In this document: positions 51,397 through 59,039 of the stretch, piece after piece
How the letters are laid out: the number at the start of each line of letters is the position of its first letter
How positions within the stretch are numbered: position 1 is the first letter of the stretch
Translations under genes and position numbers: made by a program
From: an uncultured Gammaproteobacteria bacterium
Lineage (GTDB): Bacteria; Patescibacteriota; Microgenomatia; Levybacterales; GWA1-39-11
Direction of reading: 5' to 3'
DNA length: 64,000 bases
Assembly (NCBI GenBank): GCA_964425075.1
Contig: CAYRKM010000001.1
Coordinates: forward strand, 705,793-769,792
The notes under the pieces: generated by a model
What the model saw: the letters and a program-made list of their open reading frames with translations, nothing else
Told to the model about the DNA's origin: nothing
Databases searched by the model: none

Positions 51397-51460
51397 ATTA
51401 AACCTTCCTAAAATACGTTGCTAGTGTTATTTTTCTTGTTATGATAATATCGTAAAGATA

Positions 51461-52621
51461 ATGAAAAGCACCGCCAAATCAATAATATATGTAAATTATT
51501 CCCCCTACGAAAATTCTGGAAAAATATTAGATTATCTGTTAGAGAATTTCAAAATTGTGTGTCTTTTTTCAATCGGGTTCCACAGTTTGGAGAACAAAAA
51601 AAATTATAATATCCTCTCAATTTACAAAAAAGGTAAATTAATTGAAACTTATTCCTTGTTTCAATTACCCATTCCGCAAAATTTAGTTTTTATTCTTATT
51701 CCAATAAGGTCTGCAATTTCTTTTATAGAAATTATTATTTATTCAATATGGTTAAAGAATAAGTTTAAGAAAATTGACATTTATTTCACTGCAAATGCAT
51801 TCACTGCCTGGATAGGAAAAATTTTGAAGTCATTTCGAATTGTTAATAGGACTGTATTTTGGGTGTGGGATTATTACCCTCCAATTCATGAGAATAAATT
51901 GATAATGCTAATGCGCTATGTTTATTGGCAGTTTGATAAGATGAGTTCTCACTCTGATACGGTAGCATTTGTTAATCAAAGGTTACTTGATTTGAGAAAA
52001 GATATTGGAATTTATCCTAAGGACTCAGAATACCCTATTGTGCCAATTGGAACAGATAAAATTAAAATCAAAAATGAAAAAAAAGTGCGCAAGAAATTGA
52101 AATTTGGATTTATTGGTGTATTAAAGAAGAGTCAGGGGGTTGACATAATATTTAAGAATGCAAATGACTTAACCAAGAAATTTGGGGAAGTGAAGTACGA
52201 GATAGTTGGCTCTGGACCTGATGAAAAGTATTTTAAAGGTAGAGCTAGAAAATCTGGTATAAAAACAACCTTTTATGGATATCTTGAAGGGGATTCGTTT
52301 AACGACGTTTTAAAAGATTGCACTATTGGAATTGCAACATACACTTCTGAGGCTAGTAATGTTTCTCAGTATGGAGATCCAGGTAAAATTAAGAGATATT
52401 TGAGTTTGGGGATCCCGGTGATTACAACTGATATAATTGAATTTGCAGAAGAAATTGAAAAGTCTGGCGCAGGTGTTATTGTAAAATATAATGATAAGAA
52501 ATCTTTAATGGAGGCAGTTGAAAAAATTATGAATAAGCAGGAGGAGTATAGGAAGAATGCATATAAGCTTGGCCAAAAATTTTATTATAGAAAAATTTAT
52601 CCGCAGATGTTTGCAATTTAA
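51461..52621 (+). CDS. GT4-like glycosyltransferase (paralog of 39641..40891)
   Basis: VFW..DYYP, VPIG, FIG, VGSGP, F.GY, GDPGKIKRYLSLGIPVI motifs. Confidence 0.82.
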   Translation: MKSTAKSIIYVNYSPYENSGKILDYLLENFKIVCLFSIGFHSLENKKNYNILSIYKKGKLIETYSLFQLPIPQNLVFILIPIRSAISFIEIIIYSIWLKNKFKKIDIYFTANAFTAWIGKILKSFRIVNRTVFWVWDYYPPIHENKLIMLMRYVYWQFDKMSSHSDTVAFVNQRLLDLRKDIGIYPKDSEYPIVPIGTDKIKIKNEKKVRKKLKFGFIGVLKKSQGVDIIFKNANDLTKKFGEVKYEIVGSGPDEKYFKGRARKSGIKTTFYGYLEGDSFNDVLKDCTIGIATYTSEASNVSQYGDPGKIKRYLSLGIPVITTDIIEFAEEIEKSGAGVIVKYNDKKSLMEAVEKIMNKQEEYRKNAYKLGQKFYYRKIYPQMFAI

Positions 52622-54612
52622 TGACAAATAGACTAGACAAGATTACTGTACCTACCCTCGTTTTTTTATTAATTCTCTCGATTTTTTATAGGTGGTTTTG
52701 GGGTGGTGTTCTTGCGGGTGGAGACTGGCCATATCTATATCCTCAGGGTGTTCTTGAAGTTGTCCCTTTGTCTTCATGGGATCTTCTTTTTAATAATGGT
52801 ATGGGGCAGAGTGCTTTTCCTAAAATCTGGTTTGACGCGTATTCTCTTTTAATAGTAAAACTTGCCCAATTTTTGCCTTGGGGAGTCTTTGAAAGACTTG
52901 TGTGGTTTTTCCCGTATATTGTGGTTTCTTTTTTTGCTTCTTATTTTCTTGGGAAAAAGATGAATTTGTCCTCAAATTTTGCCTGTCTTGCCGGAGTAAT
53001 TTATTCGCTTAATACCTACATTTTTATGGTTGTTTCAGGGGGGCAGGCTGGTGTCTTTACTGCATATGCTTTTATGCCGGTAGTTTTTTATGGAGTTCTT
53101 AGTTTATTTGAAAATTTTACGTTTAGGCGATCTTTAATCCTCTCCCTTTGCTTCTCGATTCTTATGCTGCTCGATTTAAGAGTGGGATATATGTTTTTGT
53201 TTGCTTTGTTTTTATTTACTATTGTTAATCTCACTTTTTATCCTAAAGGTTTTATTAAAAAAGTAATGTTAATATTTACAGTTCCGGGAGTTGTTGCATT
53301 TCTCTTGCATATTTTTTGGATAGGTCCAATTTTAATAATGAGAAGAAATCCAGCCGTAGAACTTACGGATGTTTATACATCCTCATCAACTTTAGATTTT
53401 TTTAGTTTTGCCAGACTTGAAAATGCAATAAGCCTTCTGCATCCCAACTGGCCTGATAATATTTTTGGGAAAGTAGCATTCCTAAGACCCGAATTTTTAA
53501 TAACCCCAATAATAGTATTTGTGTCACTTCTCTTTGTTGAAAAAGAGAAAAAATCTAGAAAGTTGTATTTATTGTCATTCATGCTGTTGGCATTATTTGG
53601 AATTTTCCTGGCAAAAGGTACCAATGATCCTTTTGGGGAAATATACAGAACCGCTTTTAACGTCATTCCAGGTTTTGTAATGTTTCGCGACCCAACAAAG
53701 TGGTACATGCTAATTGCTGTCTCTTTTTCAGTTTTAATTCCTTACTCACTTTCTAAGCTGACAGAAATTTTTGTAAACTTGAAATTTAAAAAGGCGGAAT
53801 TAATAGTATGTGCTGTGTTTCTTATTTTTTGGGCATTTATTATGCAGGATGCTGTTTCTGGAAAGGTTAAGGGAACTTTTTATCCTCGGCAGATTCCTTC
53901 AGAATTTAGTAGTCTTGCTGAGAAAATTTCCAATGATAAAGAATTTTATCGAACACTTTGGGTGCCAACATATCCTACGCTTGCTTATGTTTCCAATACG
54001 CATCCGGCAATTCCTGGAATCGAATTTTTTAAGGCAACTTCACTCGACAACCTATTAAATAATCTTGAAAAAGGAAATAATATAACTCAACTACAATATG
54101 CATCTGTTAAATATGTAATTTTACCTGAAGACATTTATGGAAGGATTTTTGTAAATGATAGAAAATACGATGACAACGTATACAAAAGAGCTCTTGATAA
54201 ATTGGAAAAAAATTCAAATATAAAAGAGGTAGGTAGATACGGTAAAAATGTTGTTTTTGAAATCAAAAACCCAAAACAGCATTTTTGGTTGGAGAACAAC
54301 TCTGCTAAAGTGAACTACAAATATGTCTCTCCCACCGAATACATCTTGGATATCTCAAACGTAAAGAAGGGTGACAGGCTTATTTTTTCAGAAACTTTTG
54401 ATAAATTTTGGGAGGCAAAAAACGATAAATTTGTTGTGGGTAGTGCTCAATTTGGCAGGTTTAATAGTTTTAGTCTGCCAAAAGAAGGAACTTATCAATT
54501 TAGGGTTATTTACAAACCTCAGGCATGGCTAAATATGGGTTTATTTATAAGTGGAGCATGCTTATTAATTGTCGCGATTTTAATTATCAAGATTAAGGAT
54601 AAAAAAATATGA
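52621..54612 (+). CDS. GT-C-like membrane protein (AftD/DUF3367-like; shorter paralog of 41799..45179)
   Basis: GGDWP, W....G.G, YSLNTY, KGTNDPFG.IY, PGF.MFRDPTKW, IP, YRTLWVP motifs; C-terminal FSE.FD..W...F and TM. Confidence 0.72.
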   Translation: MTNRLDKITVPTLVFLLILSIFYRWFWGGVLAGGDWPYLYPQGVLEVVPLSSWDLLFNNGMGQSAFPKIWFDAYSLLIVKLAQFLPWGVFERLVWFFPYIVVSFFASYFLGKKMNLSSNFACLAGVIYSLNTYIFMVVSGGQAGVFTAYAFMPVVFYGVLSLFENFTFRRSLILSLCFSILMLLDLRVGYMFLFALFLFTIVNLTFYPKGFIKKVMLIFTVPGVVAFLLHIFWIGPILIMRRNPAVELTDVYTSSSTLDFFSFARLENAISLLHPNWPDNIFGKVAFLRPEFLITPIIVFVSLLFVEKEKKSRKLYLLSFMLLALFGIFLAKGTNDPFGEIYRTAFNVIPGFVMFRDPTKWYMLIAVSFSVLIPYSLSKLTEIFVNLKFKKAELIVCAVFLIFWAFIMQDAVSGKVKGTFYPRQIPSEFSSLAEKISNDKEFYRTLWVPTYPTLAYVSNTHPAIPGIEFFKATSLDNLLNNLEKGNNITQLQYASVKYVILPEDIYGRIFVNDRKYDDNVYKRALDKLEKNSNIKEVGRYGKNVVFEIKNPKQHFWLENNSAKVNYKYVSPTEYILDISNVKKGDRLIFSETFDKFWEAKNDKFVVGSAQFGRFNSFSLPKEGTYQFRVIYKPQAWLNMGLFISGACLLIVAILIIKIKDKKI

Positions 54613-54836
54613 AACCACAGGACTTAGTATTTATTGCAATAATTATAATATTATTTTTTCTAAAAAAACCAAGAGCGATGGTAGTAGCTGGTTTAGTTTG
54701 TCTTTTGCTTGCTATTCCATTGTTTGGCTTCTGGATATTTTTTACTGCACAAAGATTAACTTATTATGCAGCAGGTTTTTTTCTTGCCGCGAGTATTCTA
54801 TATTTGTGGTTTCTAAGGATAAAAAATACTAAATGA
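54609..54836 (+). CDS. Small 3-TM membrane protein, hypothetical
   Basis: 75 aa and hydrophobic; ATGA overlaps on both sides indicate translational coupling. Confidence 0.7.
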   Translation: MKPQDLVFIAIIIILFFLKKPRAMVVAGLVCLLLAIPLFGFWIFFTAQRLTYYAAGFFLAASILYLWFLRIKNTK

Positions 54837-56008
54837 TAAATTTAATTAAATCAACATTCTATAATGAGGAATTAACTAAGAAAAAATTAGCCTCTTTTAT
54901 CAAGCGCTCTACTAAATTAAGCTTTGGAAATTACTGTCAGAAATTTGAGAAACAATTCGCAAAGTACCAGGGCAGAAAATATTGCATATTTGTAAATAGT
55001 GGAAGTTCGGCAAATTTAGCTTTGATTCAGTCTCTTCTTAACCTTAGGAAAATTAAGAAAGGGGATAGAGTAGGATTCTCTGCTTTAACATGGTCTACAA
55101 ATGTTATGCCACTTATCCAGTTGGGTCTTGAACCTGTACCAATTGATGTGGAGCTTTCGACCCTTAATATTTCAAGCAAGACGCTTCAGTTAACACTTAA
55201 AAAAAATAAAATAAAAATGTTGTTTCTTACCAATCTTTTGGGATTTTGTAGCGACATTGACGAAATTCAAAAAATTTGCAAGCAAGAAAGAATAATTTTA
55301 ATCGAGGACACATGCGAATCATTGGGAACTGTTTATAAAGGAAAAAAACTCGGAAATTTTGGTGTCGCTTCTACCTTCTCCTTTTATGTAGGACATCACA
55401 TGTCAACAATTGAAGGAGGAGCAATAGTAACAGATAGTTTGGAGCTTGCAAATCAATTAAGAATTGTAAGAGCGCATGGGTGGGATAGGAATCTTACATT
55501 AAAGCGGCAGGAAAAAATGAGAAGCAATTTTAAAGTGAATTCAACATTTTATTCTCGATACACATTTTATGATTTGGGTTTTAATTTAAGGCCTACAGAA
55601 ATTAATGGATATATAGGTTGCTTGCAAATTCAGTATATCAATGAAATTACAAGAACCAGAAACAAAAATTTTTTTGAGTTTGCAAAGAAAATATATTCTC
55701 GTACAGATAAATATTATCCGATTAGCTTTTCGCATATTGATTTTGTATCAAACTTTGCAGTTCCAGTTATTTGTAAGACTAAAAAAATCAGAGATGAATT
55801 AGTTGAAAAGTGTGATAATAAGGTTGAGATACGTCCAATTGTGGGAGGGAATATTGTTTCTCAGCCCTTTTTTGCAAAATATTTTTCATACTCAAAAAAA
55901 GATAATCCAAACGCTTCTCTTGTCCATGAACAGGGATTATACTTTGGTAACAATCCTGAATTAACAAAAAGAGAAAAGAGCGAGATTATTAAGATTTTTG
56001 CGGATTAG
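54833..56008 (+). CDS. DegT/DnrJ-family PLP enzyme, ColD (GDP-4-keto-6-deoxymannose 3-dehydratase)-like
   Basis: NSGSSANL, TWSTN..P, NLLG, IEDTCESLG, SFYVGHHMSTIEGG (His for Lys), RAHGWDRNL, GFNLRPTEI, RPIV.GNI motifs. Confidence 0.82.
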   Translation: MINLIKSTFYNEELTKKKLASFIKRSTKLSFGNYCQKFEKQFAKYQGRKYCIFVNSGSSANLALIQSLLNLRKIKKGDRVGFSALTWSTNVMPLIQLGLEPVPIDVELSTLNISSKTLQLTLKKNKIKMLFLTNLLGFCSDIDEIQKICKQERIILIEDTCESLGTVYKGKKLGNFGVASTFSFYVGHHMSTIEGGAIVTDSLELANQLRIVRAHGWDRNLTLKRQEKMRSNFKVNSTFYSRYTFYDLGFNLRPTEINGYIGCLQIQYINEITRTRNKNFFEFAKKIYSRTDKYYPISFSHIDFVSNFAVPVICKTKKIRDELVEKCDNKVEIRPIVGGNIVSQPFFAKYFSYSKKDNPNASLVHEQGLYFGNNPELTKREKSEIIKIFAD

Positions 56009-56714
56009 TTGAAGGTGCATTTTTTACTCCATACAAAAACCACTTAAAATAACTTGGAAGCCACTTCAAAAGTTTGAATTTTGATGTTCCATGTATTCTT
56101 TCTTTCCAAACAGTGGGAACTTCATCAATTTTGTAACCCAATCTATATGCCTTAACAGTTAACTCAAGAGGGAGTTCGAACCCGCCAGTGCTTTCAATTT
56201 TTATATCTTTAAGAATTTCTCTTCTAAAACATTTAAACGCATTTGTTGCGTCTAATGTATTAATTCCTGAAAAGCGATTTAGAAGAGTACTTCCTATCCT
56301 TGAAAGCCCGCCTTTTATTTTCGGACCGCCAACTCTTTTCCCTCCACGGCTATATCGAGAACCTGAAACAAAATCTGCACCAGAATCAAGTTTTTTTACC
56401 ATTTTATCTACGTCTTTTGGATTATCTGAAAGATCTGCCATCATAATACAAACATATTCAGTTTGGGATTCTTCAAGACCCGTTTTTAGAGCCTTAATAA
56501 CACCAATCCCATACTTATTTTTAACAAGTCTTATATCTTTGTTCCCTTTGCCCCATTTCTTAATAGCATTAATTGTTGGGTCAGTATTTGTGTCATAGAT
56601 AAAATTTATAATGTAGGGCGTTTTGACATAAGAAGTAATACCCTTTAGCAAAGGAGGAATATTTGCTGCCTCATTGAAGACAGGTATAACGAATGTAAGT
56701 TTCTTTTTTTTCAC
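55989..56714 (-). CDS. DPM1/ArnC-like polyprenol-phosphate glycosyltransferase (GT2)
   Basis: VIPVFNE, MMADLSD.P, GSRY..GG, DATNAFK, GFE..LE, EVP..W.ER..G.SKF motifs; GTG start overlaps the upstream TAG. Confidence 0.85.
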   Translation of the reverse strand: MKKKKLTFVIPVFNEAANIPPLLKGITSYVKTPYIINFIYDTNTDPTINAIKKWGKGNKDIRLVKNKYGIGVIKALKTGLEESQTEYVCIMMADLSDNPKDVDKMVKKLDSGADFVSGSRYSRGGKRVGGPKIKGGLSRIGSTLLNRFSGINTLDATNAFKCFRREILKDIKIESTGGFELPLELTVKAYRLGYKIDEVPTVWKERIHGTSKFKLLKWLPSYFKWFLYGVKNAPSTNPQKS

Positions 56715-57970
56715 TAGTCAGAATTAATTCGATATATAATTTTATTTTTCCCTAAAACATTCCAAATATCACACACTAAGCAATTTTTTTTGACCAACCT
56801 TTTAATTTTATTAATATTTAACTTTCTATAGTCCTTATGATTTGTAGCAATAAAGATTAAATCAGCGTCTTTAAGTGCTTCATATGGGTCTTGAATAATT
56901 TCCTGATTTGCATAGCTTTTGACATATGGGTCATGAAGAGTTAATTTTGCTCTTTCGCGAAGCAGTGCTTTTCTAACTTTAAAGCTTAATGACTCTCTAA
57001 TATCATCAATCTCCGATTTGAATGAGAGCCCCAAGATTACAGCTTTTTTGCCATCTAGCTTCATGCGTTCACGTATAAGTTTTACTAGGAGAAGTGGAAT
57101 TGATTCATTGATTTTCCAACTTGTTGTAATCAAGTCAATATATGGAATATCTGAGATTAAAAAGAATCCATCTTTAAAAAGGCAAGGTCCACCAGTAAGC
57201 CCTGGCACGGTTAGTCCTCCGCGTTTGTACTTATAATTTACAAGATTCACAATTTCATAGATATCCCGATGGTAATTTTGTGCAAGCAGCATAAATTCAT
57301 TTGCAATCGCAAAATTAATATAGCGATACATATTCGTAAAAAGTTTTGCAAGTTCTGCAGATGTGTCATCAGTAAGTAGGGTTTGAACGCCCATTTTTTT
57401 AAAAATTTCCTCTGCCTTTTTTGCGCTTTTCTTATCAACTCCACCAATAATTTGTGGGATTTCACGCATTTCGTCCAAAGAATTTCCTTCGGCAATTCTT
57501 TCGGGGCAGAATGCAATATAAAAGTTTTTTCCGGCAATTAAATTTGCTTTTTCTTCTATTAAAGATTTAACAAATTGAGTTGTTCTTGGAGAGACAGTAC
57601 TTCTTAGAATGAGTGTTTGATTCGGTTGTAAGTAGCTCATTGCAGAGGTCAGTGCTTGATTGATTTGGTCAAGAATTGGGTTCATATTCTCATCAACGGG
57701 CGTTCCAAGGGTTAGTATAACGTAGCTACATTCTGAAATTACCGAATAATCTGTTGTAAAATTCAAACTTTTTTTTATATTTTTGCGAAGTAATTGGGTT
57801 GCGCCTTTTTCCATAAAGGGCATTTTTCCACGCAATAGATTACTTATCTTTTCCTCATTCTTACCAACTCCATATACCATGTATCCTAATTCCGACAAGA
57901 ATAAAGCCAGCGGAAGCCCAACTCTCCCAATCCCTATAACTGCAATTGATTCTTTTTGTTTACTCTCCAT
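56714..57970 (-). CDS. Nucleotide-sugar 6-dehydrogenase (WecC/Ugd family)
   Basis: GIGRVGLP, GTP, RSTVSP, CPERIAEG, AELAKLF.N..R..N.A.ANE, GGPCLFKD, LGLSFK...DD.RES, HDP motifs. Confidence 0.9.
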   Translation of the reverse strand: MESKQKESIAVIGIGRVGLPLALFLSELGYMVYGVGKNEEKISNLLRGKMPFMEKGATQLLRKNIKKSLNFTTDYSVISECSYVILTLGTPVDENMNPILDQINQALTSAMSYLQPNQTLILRSTVSPRTTQFVKSLIEEKANLIAGKNFYIAFCPERIAEGNSLDEMREIPQIIGGVDKKSAKKAEEIFKKMGVQTLLTDDTSAELAKLFTNMYRYINFAIANEFMLLAQNYHRDIYEIVNLVNYKYKRGGLTVPGLTGGPCLFKDGFFLISDIPYIDLITTSWKINESIPLLLVKLIRERMKLDGKKAVILGLSFKSEIDDIRESLSFKVRKALLRERAKLTLHDPYVKSYANQEIIQDPYEALKDADLIFIATNHKDYRKLNINKIKRLVKKNCLVCDIWNVLGKNKIIYRINSD

Positions 57971-57971
57971 T

Positions 57972-58919
57972 TTAAAGTTTTGTTAGCCAATTTATCGTTT
58001 CTGGTAGTCCTTCATCTAGCTTAATTTTGGCGCTCCAGCCTAGCATCTCTTTCATTTTTGAAACATCAGGAATTCTATTTTTTACATCAGACCTAAATGG
58101 CTTAACGTGCTTTACCTTAAATGTTTTTGTATTGCCTGAAATTTCCCAAATTTTCTTTGCAAGTTCAAGCATTGTAATGGGTTCATTGTTTGCTATGTTA
58201 AAGTCGTTATTTAATGCTTTTTCACTTTCCATCGTCTTGATTATGCCCTCAGCAAGGTCTTTTACATGAGTAAAACATCTGACTTGATTTCCGTCCCCCA
58301 AAAGCTCAAGAGGATATTGGTCTGATAAAATTTTTTTTGCGAGATCTGGAATTACATGGGCATAGCCTATTTCCTTTTCGGGATATTCATTTATTCCATA
58401 AGCGTTAAATGGTCTACAAATGGTGTAATTTAAGCCAAATTCTTCAAAAAAAGCTTTGCAATATTGCTCACCAATAAGTTTGGAAAAACCATACGAGGTA
58501 ATAGGAGGAAGAGTGGTGTTAATATCTTTTTCAGCTGATGGAAATTTGGTTGCACTCTCAAAAACCATTGATGAGGAAATATATATTATTCTTTCAATCT
58601 TATTTTTGACTGATGCCTCAAAGACTGCAGAATACATTTTGTTGTTTTCGGAGAGAATCGTTGCGGGGTATTTATGAAAATATCCAATCCCCCCAATTTT
58701 CGCAGCCAAATGGATGCAGATATCCATTCCTTCAAGTGCCTTGTTGGCATTCAACTTATCCGTTAAGTCCAAATTTATAAACTCAGACGAATATAGTGGC
58801 TTTTTGTTGTGTTTGCTTAAGTTGTCTACAACTCTTACAAAATATCCTTTTTCAAGAAGTTGCCTTACAATTTCTTGTCCAATGAAGCCTGCACCCCCTG
58901 TTACGACAATCTTTTTCAT
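57972..58919 (-). CDS. NAD-dependent sugar epimerase/reductase (SDR)
   Basis: TGGAGFIG, HLAAKIGGIGY, SSSMVFE, YGFSK, RPFNAYG, GDG.QVRCFTHV.D motifs. Confidence 0.85.
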   Translation of the reverse strand: MKKIVVTGGAGFIGQEIVRQLLEKGYFVRVVDNLSKHNKKPLYSSEFINLDLTDKLNANKALEGMDICIHLAAKIGGIGYFHKYPATILSENNKMYSAVFEASVKNKIERIIYISSSMVFESATKFPSAEKDINTTLPPITSYGFSKLIGEQYCKAFFEEFGLNYTICRPFNAYGINEYPEKEIGYAHVIPDLAKKILSDQYPLELLGDGNQVRCFTHVKDLAEGIIKTMESEKALNNDFNIANNEPITMLELAKKIWEISGNTKTFKVKHVKPFRSDVKNRIPDVSKMKEMLGWSAKIKLDEGLPETINWLTKL

Positions 58920-58927
58920 TGAGTCTG

Positions 58928-59033
58928 ATTATAACAAAAACATTAAAAAATGAGTTTATCAATACTATAACAAGTTGCCGGTATTATATACTCTTGTCAA
59001 AGTCTTCTTTTCTTACTTAAAAAACGGTAATAT
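58928..59033. promoter_or_regulatory. Divergent promoter region
   Basis: Minus: TGTTATAAT (58936-58928), 8 nt before ATG 58919, plus further -10-like boxes at 58964-58972 and 58983-58988. Plus: TAATAT (59028-59033), 6 nt before ATG 59040. Confidence 0.55.
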
Positions 59034-59039
59034 AAATAC

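Noticed and set aside
32806-56008. Annotating the two DegT/DnrJ proteins as ordinary sugar aminotransferases
   Set aside because: Both have His instead of the Schiff-base Lys, the hallmark of E1/ColD-type 3-dehydrases.
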